This document shows positions 31,125-39,087 of a stretch of DNA of 63,215 nt, piece by piece. The first letter of the stretch is position 1; each line of letters starts with the position of its first letter. The notes under the pieces were generated by a model. The model was not told where the DNA came from, did not search any database, and worked only from the letters and a program-made list of their open reading frames with translations. The DNA is from Bacteroidota bacterium (lineage in GTDB: Bacteria > Bacteroidota > Bacteroidia > Bacteroidales > VadinHA17), in contig JAUZNW010000001.1 of assembly GCA_030706785.1 (NCBI GenBank), positions 1 through 63,215 of the forward strand, written 5' to 3'. A program made the translations under genes and the position numbers.

Positions 31125-34100
31125 GAAGATATCAGGGCGACTATTCCCGAAACAAGAATAATTACAGCACCAATTAACAGGAATATCTGTTTTGACGGGT
31201 AAAGCTGTGAATTGTTCCCGTAAATGACAAGGGATGACCAGAAATAAGGATGTGAGCGCAGCATATCAGCATTCTTCAGGTAGTCGATCCTGGCCTTTCT
31301 CAATGCCGTACTTTTTGTCTCACCCTTCTTCAGATTCCTGTAAAAGTCCTTCACTATCTCGGTTCCTGACCGGTCATCGATTTCCCACATCGACATTATC
31401 ACCGACTGGCTTCCTGCATAGATAAATCCCCTGGCCAGACTTAGTATTCCTTCTCCGGAATGTAACTTCCCTGATCCCGTGTTGCATGAGCTCAGTATCA
31501 CCATCTTGGCCTTCAGAGGAATCCCATAGACTTCATAAGTATTCAGGTTGCCGTCTTCCACTGAGTCTTTTTCCTGATAAAAAAGCATTTTCGAATACAT
31601 GGGGTACTGATCATTAAGGACCGTATGCATTGCAAGATGGATAACGTCATACTTTCCGGCTTCTGACTTAAAAACTGATTCCTTCGCTCCATTATTGATA
31701 CAAAGCTTCCCGTTTGTCAGACTTGTAACAAATTCTGCTTCTATCCTTGCATAAGGGAGATCGCGCAGCTTTGACAATCTTACCTGGCGTAAAATAAGCA
31801 GTGAGTCAACATCAATTGTGCCTGTGTAAACAGGAGCAAATGCTATTACACTGTTGCTAAAATTATTACTCTTTTTCGTGGATTCTGCAAGAAGGGTTGC
31901 AGAGTATGTGTATGAGATCCGGTAATCGTCCATAAGATACGGGATATCCCTGAACTGTGTTTTACCGGCAGGAGCATTACCAGCCGGTATGGCTTCGAAA
32001 GGAATATATGAAAGTATATTATCGGGAGAGATCAGAAGCTTGTCTGATATAAGATATTTTCTGACGGGCTCGAATATTGTCCTGTAAAGAATGCGTCCTG
32101 TCTCCTGAAACTGGGTGAAGCTTGTTCTGGCGCTGGTCAACGGATTTGAAAGCAGATTCCTGAACCTCCTGATGGTTTCAAAAAATCCTGAATCGATTGA
32201 TATTGTAAGCAGCTCCTGGTGCTTTCGGTTCGTAAGGAATATATAAATACAGGTATCAGCAACAACATAATTAAGGTAGTTCGTATTTCTGCCTGTTATT
32301 CTGGGTATATCGTGCGGACCGAGTACACTTGTATTGTATTTTATCTGGTAATATTCGGGATAATTCTTTTCAAGGACATTTATCAGGGAATCCCGTTTTT
32401 GCGTGGCGCTCAGTACAACGTTTTTCCATTCCGAGACGACTGAAGCATCAGTTTTCTTCCCGGCATTCTCTTCTGAAATCATTGCATTGTAGAAACCTAT
32501 TTCCATTTTGAGGCGACGTTCAAGGTCAGCAATTTCAGGAGGAATGTGGAACTGTGTCGCTTTAAGCTCCCTGGTTGATGCCAGCAGGCCTGCAACTTTG
32601 CTTTTTTCTGAATATTCAAAGGCTTTGTCTCTGTATGCTTTATTACCTGTTTGTTTATAGCAAAGGTCAAAATCACGTATTGCATACAGGTATGCATCCC
32701 GGTACCTGTCGCCGAGGATGACCCGGCTGTCTTCCTCGCTGATGTTAATTCTTACCTTCTCAATCAGTCGCACCAGCAGCTCGCTTGTATTAGATGCTGT
32801 CTCAAGAAAATTGTAATATTTGCTTTTACTGTAGAGATCCCAGAGTATCCTGTATTTTGCCTTAAGCACATTTATTGTCCACTGGTCTGCCTCCATCTGA
32901 TCAGGATCGGGATTTCCAAGAGCGGGTAATTTCCCTTTCCCGTTAATCCCGTGGAACAACAACCCCTGAACGACCTCAAGTGCTTTCTCCGCCTCTCCGT
33001 TTCCTGAAAGCGTCAGTGCATATCCCAGGAGAACCTGATCTTTCAATGAAACGTCTTCACTGTGATTGTTTAAATACGAAAGGCATTGTTCATAAAGCCT
33101 AAGTGATTTATTTATATCGATATTGAAAGTTCTGAGGTATTCTGCATAGTTCTTCATAACCTCAAAATATTCTCTTGAATCAGGACCGGAAAAATCCCTG
33201 GCCTTATTTAGAGAATTGATTATCAGGATTTCCCCCTTTCTTATTTTGCCGGCATTTCCGAGTACTATTGCAAAGCTGTTGATCAGGTTGAACGAAAGCG
33301 ATGAATTAGATGATTTTATCAAACTGACCCCCCTGTTAAAATAGTCATCCGATTTCTTATTATTCCCTAAAAAGAAATAGGTGACCGCAAGGGTATTAAG
33401 CAGATTTATGTAATTATCATCTACTCCCAGCGAGAATACCTTGTATACCGATTCGGCTTTCTCGAGATACAGTACCGCCTTGGAATAGTCAGACATCCTT
33501 ACATAGCATGCACCGATACTTGTGTACAGGTTGGCGATATCCGCACCATAGCTTCCCTTGCTGCCGTTTATAAGCTTCAGGGCTGTATTGCCGGTGGCAA
33601 TTGCTTTATTATATTCATTCTGTCCGAAATAAGCTGATACCAGGCTGGAATAACCACTTAGCAGCAAAGGGCTTGATTCGCCGTATAGTTTCTTTTCCAC
33701 TTCCAGGGATTCCAGGGTATATTGTTCCATTTTCCTGTAATCGCCAAGGTTATTATATGCAATCCCCATATTGTAAAGGCATTTTGCAAGAATCTCATCC
33801 TCACTTATCTGTCTCCTGATCGAGGCCGATAACCTGAACCAGTTAATGGCTTCTGAATTTTCCCTCAGGACAAGATAATAAACCCCTATGTAAAACTGTG
33901 AAGCCGATGAAGTCAGGTTATCAATGTTATTACTCTTCAGGATTTTCAGCATCGACTTTACGATTATCCTGGAATTCATAGTGTCGCCTTCGGCAACAGC
34001 AGCTAAAATTTTTGCATTCAGCTTTTCAAGATCCCTCGAAGGATCATCACTCTGGGATCTGTGATCTGTCTCAAACTCCATATCAGAATCATCACTGTTG

Positions 34101-34198
34101 TATGGTATGACATTACTGGCCTGTGTGTCCGAATAATTCCAGCAGGACAGCATGGAGCATACGATCAGGAGCCGCAATATGCGATATAAATAAATCAT
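31037..34198 (-). CDS. TPR-repeat and CHAT (caspase-like, clan CD) protease with N-terminal signal and C-terminal TM anchor
   Basis: Many TPR motifs, ISPDNILSYIPFE, dyad IHLAMH (His 31625-31627) and LSSCNTG (Cys 31484-31486), GEGILSLARGF, HPYFWS and TM IFLLIGAVIILVSGIVALI. Start at ATG 34198 because a TATATTTG box at 34264-34271 lies too close to the TTG at 34261. Confidence 0.93.
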   Translation of the reverse strand: MIYLYRILRLLIVCSMLSCWNYSDTQASNVIPYNSDDSDMEFETDHRSQSDDPSRDLEKLNAKILAAVAEGDTMNSRIIVKSMLKILKSNNIDNLTSSASQFYIGVYYLVLRENSEAINWFRLSASIRRQISEDEILAKCLYNMGIAYNNLGDYRKMEQYTLESLEVEKKLYGESSPLLLSGYSSLVSAYFGQNEYNKAIATGNTALKLINGSKGSYGADIANLYTSIGACYVRMSDYSKAVLYLEKAESVYKVFSLGVDDNYINLLNTLAVTYFFLGNNKKSDDYFNRGVSLIKSSNSSLSFNLINSFAIVLGNAGKIRKGEILIINSLNKARDFSGPDSREYFEVMKNYAEYLRTFNIDINKSLRLYEQCLSYLNNHSEDVSLKDQVLLGYALTLSGNGEAEKALEVVQGLLFHGINGKGKLPALGNPDPDQMEADQWTINVLKAKYRILWDLYSKSKYYNFLETASNTSELLVRLIEKVRINISEEDSRVILGDRYRDAYLYAIRDFDLCYKQTGNKAYRDKAFEYSEKSKVAGLLASTRELKATQFHIPPEIADLERRLKMEIGFYNAMISEENAGKKTDASVVSEWKNVVLSATQKRDSLINVLEKNYPEYYQIKYNTSVLGPHDIPRITGRNTNYLNYVVADTCIYIFLTNRKHQELLTISIDSGFFETIRRFRNLLSNPLTSARTSFTQFQETGRILYRTIFEPVRKYLISDKLLISPDNILSYIPFEAIPAGNAPAGKTQFRDIPYLMDDYRISYTYSATLLAESTKKSNNFSNSVIAFAPVYTGTIDVDSLLILRQVRLSKLRDLPYARIEAEFVTSLTNGKLCINNGAKESVFKSEAGKYDVIHLAMHTVLNDQYPMYSKMLFYQEKDSVEDGNLNTYEVYGIPLKAKMVILSSCNTGSGKLHSGEGILSLARGFIYAGSQSVIMSMWEIDDRSGTEIVKDFYRNLKKGETKSTALRKARIDYLKNADMLRSHPYFWSSLVIYGNNSQLYPSKQIFLLIGAVIILVSGIVALISSHSRNSLYSGSSFIKAIRASLLRYFLRRA

Positions 34199-34448
34199 CA
34201 GAGGTGATCTGATTTTTAGAATTCCCCGCGTAAATATTGCATGTTTATTTAACAAAGCCAATGCAAATATAAAAAATTTGAATGTATATCAATGGTAAGT
34301 AATTGATTACCTTGAAATAACGAATTTTTTGATAAAATATTTGATTTTTCTGTGTCACAAATGGTGTAATACCGACATGTTACAGTGTAATGATCGCAAG
34401 AATTACGAATTACCCGAATTAAGTATCAATGATTAAAACATTAAAGAG

Positions 34449-34586
34449 ATGAAAACCCTGAATTTTGAACCTATCGAAGAAATTTTTGGAGATTACGCTC
34501 TTACTGCGGAAGAAATGATTTGTGTTAAAGGTGGTGATGCCGGAGAACCAATTGTCAAACCAGCTCAGCCGCCGATAAAGATTTGA
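34449..34586 (+). CDS. Double-glycine leader precursor peptide, 45 aa (not in the ORF track)
   Basis: MKTLNFEPIEEIFGDYALTAEEMICVKGG|DAGEPIVKPAQPPIKI. The leader matches LSxxELxxIxGG, the upstream is A-rich, and a C39 exporter is in the same locus. Confidence 0.85.
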   Translation: MKTLNFEPIEEIFGDYALTAEEMICVKGGDAGEPIVKPAQPPIKI

Positions 34587-34724
34587 CAAACCTTTTTTGA
34601 CAGGCCTGCTTAAGCGAAGCAGGTTCAGATTGCAACCCTGTTACCAGGGATTGTTGTCTTGGATTTCGGATACAGGTCTGGACTGATTTTTTCAGCCGGA
34701 CATCGTGTTCATGAGTGCAAATAC

Positions 34725-34739
34725 TGGCACAAGTTGTGC
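34725..34739 (+). promoter_or_regulatory. Possible sigma-54 (-24/-12) promoter for the anti-sigma/kinase pair
   Basis: TGGCACAAGTTGTGC has GG and GC at canonical spacing with one mismatch to TTGC. It also forms a small hairpin, so it may be structural instead. Confidence 0.4.
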
Positions 34740-34787
34740 GTATGTATTTGATATATTGAAGTTTGGAATAATTATAAACGCGATATT

Positions 34788-35531
34788 ATGAAAACTATCG
34801 ATTTTTCATACTTCATCGAACGGTATAATGCCGGAGAGATGGACGAAGCTGAGATGCAATGGTTCAGGAAAGAACTAAGGGAAAACCAAAAACTAAGGAA
34901 GGAGGTTGAACTGAGGAATAAAACTGACGATATCCTGAAAAACCAGGATCTGATGAACCTCAGGAACAAGCTCAACGCAATTGAAAAGCAACGGGCTGTT
35001 ACAATGCCTGTGAGGAGAAACCGGCAGCCTGTAATCAAGTATGCCGCCGTAATTGCAGCCCTTATTATATTGGGCAGCCTTGCCCTTTTAACCAACAAAC
35101 GACAGAGTACCGATGAATTGATAGACCGGTACTATAAACCTTATGAGACAGCGTCAGCATCACGATCTGCTGAATTCATAAACAATAGCGATTACAATCT
35201 GGCCGTTGAATACTATAATATCAGGGACTACAGGAACGCTGCAATATATTTCAGCAGAGTTCTTGAAAAAGATCCTGATAACATGCATTCAACACTGCTG
35301 AACGGTATATCAAATTTTGAAATTCAGAATTACTCTGAAGCAAAGCGTTCCTTTTCAAAGGTAATAGACAATAACGACAACTATTATATCGATCATGCCC
35401 AATGGTACCTCGCGATGTGCTACATCCGAACGGATGAAAGAAGCAAGGCTGTCCAGGAGTTGACGTTAATTAAGAATTCGAATACAATCTATACCAAGCC
35501 TGCAAGGAAATTGCTGAGAAACCTCAGGTAA
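34788..35531 (+). CDS. Putative anti-sigma factor: cytoplasmic ASD-like helices, one TM, periplasmic TPRs
   Basis: IERYNAGEMDEAEMQWFRKEL..L..EVE N-terminus resembles zinc-free anti-sigma domains; TM YAAVIAALIILGSLALL; TPRs ending AQWYLAMCY. Confidence 0.75.
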   Translation: MKTIDFSYFIERYNAGEMDEAEMQWFRKELRENQKLRKEVELRNKTDDILKNQDLMNLRNKLNAIEKQRAVTMPVRRNRQPVIKYAAVIAALIILGSLALLTNKRQSTDELIDRYYKPYETASASRSAEFINNSDYNLAVEYYNIRDYRNAAIYFSRVLEKDPDNMHSTLLNGISNFEIQNYSEAKRSFSKVIDNNDNYYIDHAQWYLAMCYIRTDERSKAVQELTLIKNSNTIYTKPARKLLRNLR

Positions 35532-35567
35532 TTGATAAACGGGAAATAGTTACCAACCAATAAAGTA

Positions 35568-36404
35568 ATGTTCAACCTGTCGGGAAATATCAAGGAGGGT
35601 CCGGGAATACCTGAATCAAGGAACCAGGATGAAGCAAAGGTTATGGATCTCTGTAATCAGACCCTGACCAACTGCGCCTCAATTCTGACAGGAATTTCCC
35701 ATGAAATGAGAACGCAAATGAATGCAGTTGTTGCGTTTTCCTTCATGCTTAAAAATAAAGATTACAGTGAAGAGGAAAGAGAAGATTTCAGTAACCAGAT
35801 CTATTCCTCGTGTGAACAAATAATATCACTGTTCGACAATTTTCTTGATTCTGCAATCATTGATACGGGTAATTCAAAGGCAGAACCGGGAATATGCGAT
35901 CCGGACAAACTAATAAACAACTTAATTTCAGAATTCAGGGCTACTTTGAAAAAGGACAGGTACAAGGACCTGATCCTTATGACTGAGAACCAATCGTTGA
36001 GCCCGGCAGAGTGCATCATTGATACAAACAGGCTGACAAGGGTAATTCGTAACCTGTTTGAAAATGCTCTGTCAAACACAAAAGCGGGATATATAAAAGC
36101 CGGCTATTATTTCAGGGATGACAGACTGACTTTTTATATACTCGATTCGGGGCAGGGCTATGCCAAGAACAAAGAATTCCTACAAAGCAGGGATATTGCG
36201 ATCCCTCTTGCCAGGTTCAGTGATACTTATTCGGCAGTCAATCTCGCTCTTACACGCAAGCTTATCCAGTTACTTGATGGATCTGTTTGGATAGAAAACA
36301 ATGGATCAACGGGATCCGGGATCTATTTTTCAATTCCTGCGCCTACCGCAGTATCAGCCGAAAATGTTTTGAACAAATTTTCGAATACCATGAGCACGAT
36401 CTGA
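35568..36404 (+). CDS. Sensorless HisKA-HATPase protein with degenerate ATP-binding boxes
   Basis: H box ISHEMRTQMN, N box NLFENAL and G1 DSGQG are present. G2 GxGLGL is replaced by SAVNLAL. No TM or sensor domain. Confidence 0.8.
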   Translation: MFNLSGNIKEGPGIPESRNQDEAKVMDLCNQTLTNCASILTGISHEMRTQMNAVVAFSFMLKNKDYSEEEREDFSNQIYSSCEQIISLFDNFLDSAIIDTGNSKAEPGICDPDKLINNLISEFRATLKKDRYKDLILMTENQSLSPAECIIDTNRLTRVIRNLFENALSNTKAGYIKAGYYFRDDRLTFYILDSGQGYAKNKEFLQSRDIAIPLARFSDTYSAVNLALTRKLIQLLDGSVWIENNGSTGSGIYFSIPAPTAVSAENVLNKFSNTMSTI

Positions 36405-36458
36405 TACCAGATGTTCAATTAACCAACCTAGATGTCTGAACAACCCAAGCGTGAGCTG

Positions 36459-36489
36459 AAACAGCTGACCTCCCCGGTCAGCTGTTTTA
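36459..36489. terminator. Intrinsic terminator between convergent genes
   Basis: Perfect 12-bp stem aaacagctgacc-tcccc-ggtcagctgttt followed by T. Confidence 0.8.
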
Positions 36490-38424
36490 TTTCTTCAGTC
36501 CTATGATTTTAACTTCAGTCCTTCTGTTGAGCTTCCTGCCTTCATAGGTCACATTATCGCCTACCGGGGATGTATTTCCGTAGCCTTTGTATTTCAGACG
36601 ATCGGATGATATGCCGTTATCAATAAGATAATTAACTACTGAAAGAGCTCTTTTTTCCGACAGTATCTGGTTATGCTCATCAGTGCCCGTGGCATCAGTG
36701 TAACCACCGATCTCAACCTTTATTCCCTTGTTTTCCTTCAGAAGATCGCACAGCTTGTTCAGTTCGGCAAGTGATTCCTTTTTAAGAGTCCAGGAATCAA
36801 CTTCATAGAAGATATTTGCCAGCGACATGCTCTCCCCTATTTTCAGAGGAGATAACCTGATCTTTTTCAGGAATGGTTCCAGTACAGTGTGCTGACCCTC
36901 AAACATAAAATTCTCCGAATAAAACAGATAGCCTTTTTTACTGACATTCAATCCATAATTGTATCCTGATGGCAGGCATACCAGAAAGTTCCCGGCTTCA
37001 TCAGTGGAATTATGTACAACCGTATGCTGCCTTGACAGATTTATCAATTCATACTCAGCGACAAGAGACTGACCGGTTTCCTTATCGGAGACCTTGCCTT
37101 TGAGGTAGGCTACAGGATCAGGCCTTATAGCCTCATAGAGCCTGAATGAGTAAATGTTTTTTCCTGTTTTACCATCCCTGATGGATGAAAAATACGCCTT
37201 CTGGCCGCTTGATTCTATTACAAGACCCATCTCATCGTTGTAGGTATTGATCGGATAGCCAAGATTAACCGGTTCCGACCAGGTGCTGTCATCCTGCATC
37301 CGCGAGAAATAGATATCAAATCCGCCCATTCCCGGCCTGCCGTCCGAAGAAAAATAAAGCGTCTTGCCGTCAAAATGGATAAAAGGTGACATTTCATCAC
37401 CCGGAGTATTTATCTTGTTCCCAAGGTTTCTCGGACGGATCCACTTATTATTACTGTTGAGACGTGAAAACCATAGATCTTTTCCTCCGATACCACCAGG
37501 CCTGTTGCTTGAAAAAAAGAGCATCTGGTCATCAGCGCTGATCGACGGCTGTGATTCCCAGTATTGGGTATTTACAGGACTGCCAAGGTCAACCGGAATA
37601 GTCCATTTACCATGGTTAAAGGCTGAAAAGAAAATATCACAGCTGCCAAGTCCTCCCGGCCTGTTACAACCGGTGAAGAACATATAGGTTCCATCAGATG
37701 ACAAGCTTTGCGCTCCCTCATTATCATCACTGTTAAGAGGGCTTCCGGCATTTACTGCCGTCTGCCATTTATTGCCGGAAAAATAACTGATGTAGAAATC
37801 CTCCAGCCCAGCCTTGCTCAGTCGTCCGTTCTCAACCGGGCGCGGCTGGCGGGTAAATATCATCGTCTGACCATCCGCGGTTATTGACGGCCAGTATTCA
37901 TCATCGGTGGTATTTATCCCGTCTCCCACACTTTCAGGACTGAATGGTACGGGATGCTTAATGGCTTCAACTGCAAACTGGCAGTTCTTAACATTCTTGA
38001 CTGCCAGATCATGGTTCTTCTCGGAAGAGGGCTTCTGTGCCAGGTATATGTTATAGTGACATAGAGCTTTATTATAATCTCCTGACATCATTTCCGCAGT
38101 CGCCATACTGAAAAATACCGGCATGTAAAAAGAGGAATCGATCGATACTGCCGTCTGATAACTTATGGCAGCTTCCGCAAATCTTCGTAGTTTTGACTGC
38201 AGCTCGCCAAGCATCATATAAGCTTCATAAAACCTGTTGTCAGTTTCAATAGCCTGTTTGAAATTTCGCTCTGCACCTGAAAAGTCAAGGTAATCATATG
38301 ACGTCAAACCTTCTTTATAGGCTTTCATCGCTTTTGCAGATGTGGTATGAAATTTCTGTGAGAATCCCTTCTCAGCATTTAAGAAAGCAAAAAAGAATAC
38401 CAGAATGAAAACAAATGATTTCAT
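36487..38424 (-). CDS. TPR + PD40 + OmpA-like peptidoglycan-binding protein (PorE-like architecture)
   Basis: Signal peptide from MKSFVFILV (start 38424), TPRs, PD40 repeats (SSNRPGG.GG.D) and OmpA domain GYTD...N..LS..RA...NRRTE. Confidence 0.88.
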   Translation of the reverse strand: MKSFVFILVFFFAFLNAEKGFSQKFHTTSAKAMKAYKEGLTSYDYLDFSGAERNFKQAIETDNRFYEAYMMLGELQSKLRRFAEAAISYQTAVSIDSSFYMPVFFSMATAEMMSGDYNKALCHYNIYLAQKPSSEKNHDLAVKNVKNCQFAVEAIKHPVPFSPESVGDGINTTDDEYWPSITADGQTMIFTRQPRPVENGRLSKAGLEDFYISYFSGNKWQTAVNAGSPLNSDDNEGAQSLSSDGTYMFFTGCNRPGGLGSCDIFFSAFNHGKWTIPVDLGSPVNTQYWESQPSISADDQMLFFSSNRPGGIGGKDLWFSRLNSNNKWIRPRNLGNKINTPGDEMSPFIHFDGKTLYFSSDGRPGMGGFDIYFSRMQDDSTWSEPVNLGYPINTYNDEMGLVIESSGQKAYFSSIRDGKTGKNIYSFRLYEAIRPDPVAYLKGKVSDKETGQSLVAEYELINLSRQHTVVHNSTDEAGNFLVCLPSGYNYGLNVSKKGYLFYSENFMFEGQHTVLEPFLKKIRLSPLKIGESMSLANIFYEVDSWTLKKESLAELNKLCDLLKENKGIKVEIGGYTDATGTDEHNQILSEKRALSVVNYLIDNGISSDRLKYKGYGNTSPVGDNVTYEGRKLNRRTEVKIIGLKK

Positions 38425-38431
38425 TCCGAAC

Positions 38432-39061
38432 TCAGGGTATGTGCATGTACTTATGAATCTGAAGAGAGATCCTCCAGACAGGATTCTTCTTGACATAGCT
38501 GACAATTTCCGGAATAATGACTTTGAAACGGCTCCATTCAGGCTGTAAAAAAAGCTTGCATTCCGGCCCGACCATTTTCTTATATCTTTCAGCCTGTTTA
38601 AAATCATCCTGAGTTTCAATTATAACTTTCAGTTCATCAGCCTGTTTGAAAATATTGTCTGACGGAGGCATGTTTTTCTTGGGCGACAGACATATCCAGT
38701 CCCATTTCCCGCTTAATGCGTAAGCTCCTGAAGTCTCTATGAAGGTACTTATTTTTCTCTCCCGGAGCATGGAGCACAAGGTTTCAAGATTCCACATGAG
38801 CGGCTCTCCGCCGGTCACTACAACTGATTTGGCGCCTGATTGTATTGCATGTCCGGCAATGGTTTCAGTTTCAATAAGAGGGAACATTTCAGCATTCCAT
38901 GAAAAACGTGAATCACACCAGTTACAGCCGATATCGCAACCTCCCAGGCGTATAAGCCATGCAGCCTTACCTGCATTAAATCCTTCCCCCTGGATGGTAA
39001 AAAATTCCTCTACCAGGGGTAGCTTTGTACCATCACTCACACCATCCAAAGCTTTTGCCAT
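38432..39061 (-). CDS. queE: 7-carboxy-7-deazaguanine synthase (radical SAM)
   Basis: EEFFTIQGEG, CDIGCNWCD, VTGGEP, IETSG and SLQIHK motifs. Confidence 0.93.
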   Translation of the reverse strand: MAKALDGVSDGTKLPLVEEFFTIQGEGFNAGKAAWLIRLGGCDIGCNWCDSRFSWNAEMFPLIETETIAGHAIQSGAKSVVVTGGEPLMWNLETLCSMLRERKISTFIETSGAYALSGKWDWICLSPKKNMPPSDNIFKQADELKVIIETQDDFKQAERYKKMVGPECKLFLQPEWSRFKVIIPEIVSYVKKNPVWRISLQIHKYMHIP

Positions 39062-39087
39062 CCTTCAAAACGTTTTGTGTATCTGAT

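Noticed and set aside
34199..34261. TTG start of the CHAT ORF at 34261
   Set aside because: It falls at or upstream of the transcription start predicted from the -7 box at 34264-34271; the ATG at 34198 exposes a signal-like N-terminus.
26920..34586. Lanthipeptide or other modified RiPP cluster
   Set aside because: No LanB/C/M, YcaO or SPASM enzyme nearby, and the core lacks Cys/Ser/Thr. The nearest radical SAM gene is a clear queE in a separate operon.
34711..34791. 26-aa ORF (MSANTGTSCAYVFDILKFGIIINAIL) whose stop overlaps the anti-sigma start
   Set aside because: No GG leader or other support, and it overlaps a promoter-like motif; cannot be told from chance.
36487..38424. TPR-PD40-OmpA protein as part of the peptide system
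   Set aside because: Convergent, separated by a strong terminator, and apparently co-transcribed with queE, the nucleotidase and the S9 peptidase.
38425..38619. 65-aa N-terminal extension of the OmpA-family ORF
   Set aside because: It overlaps queE; the signal peptide begins at the Met at 38424.
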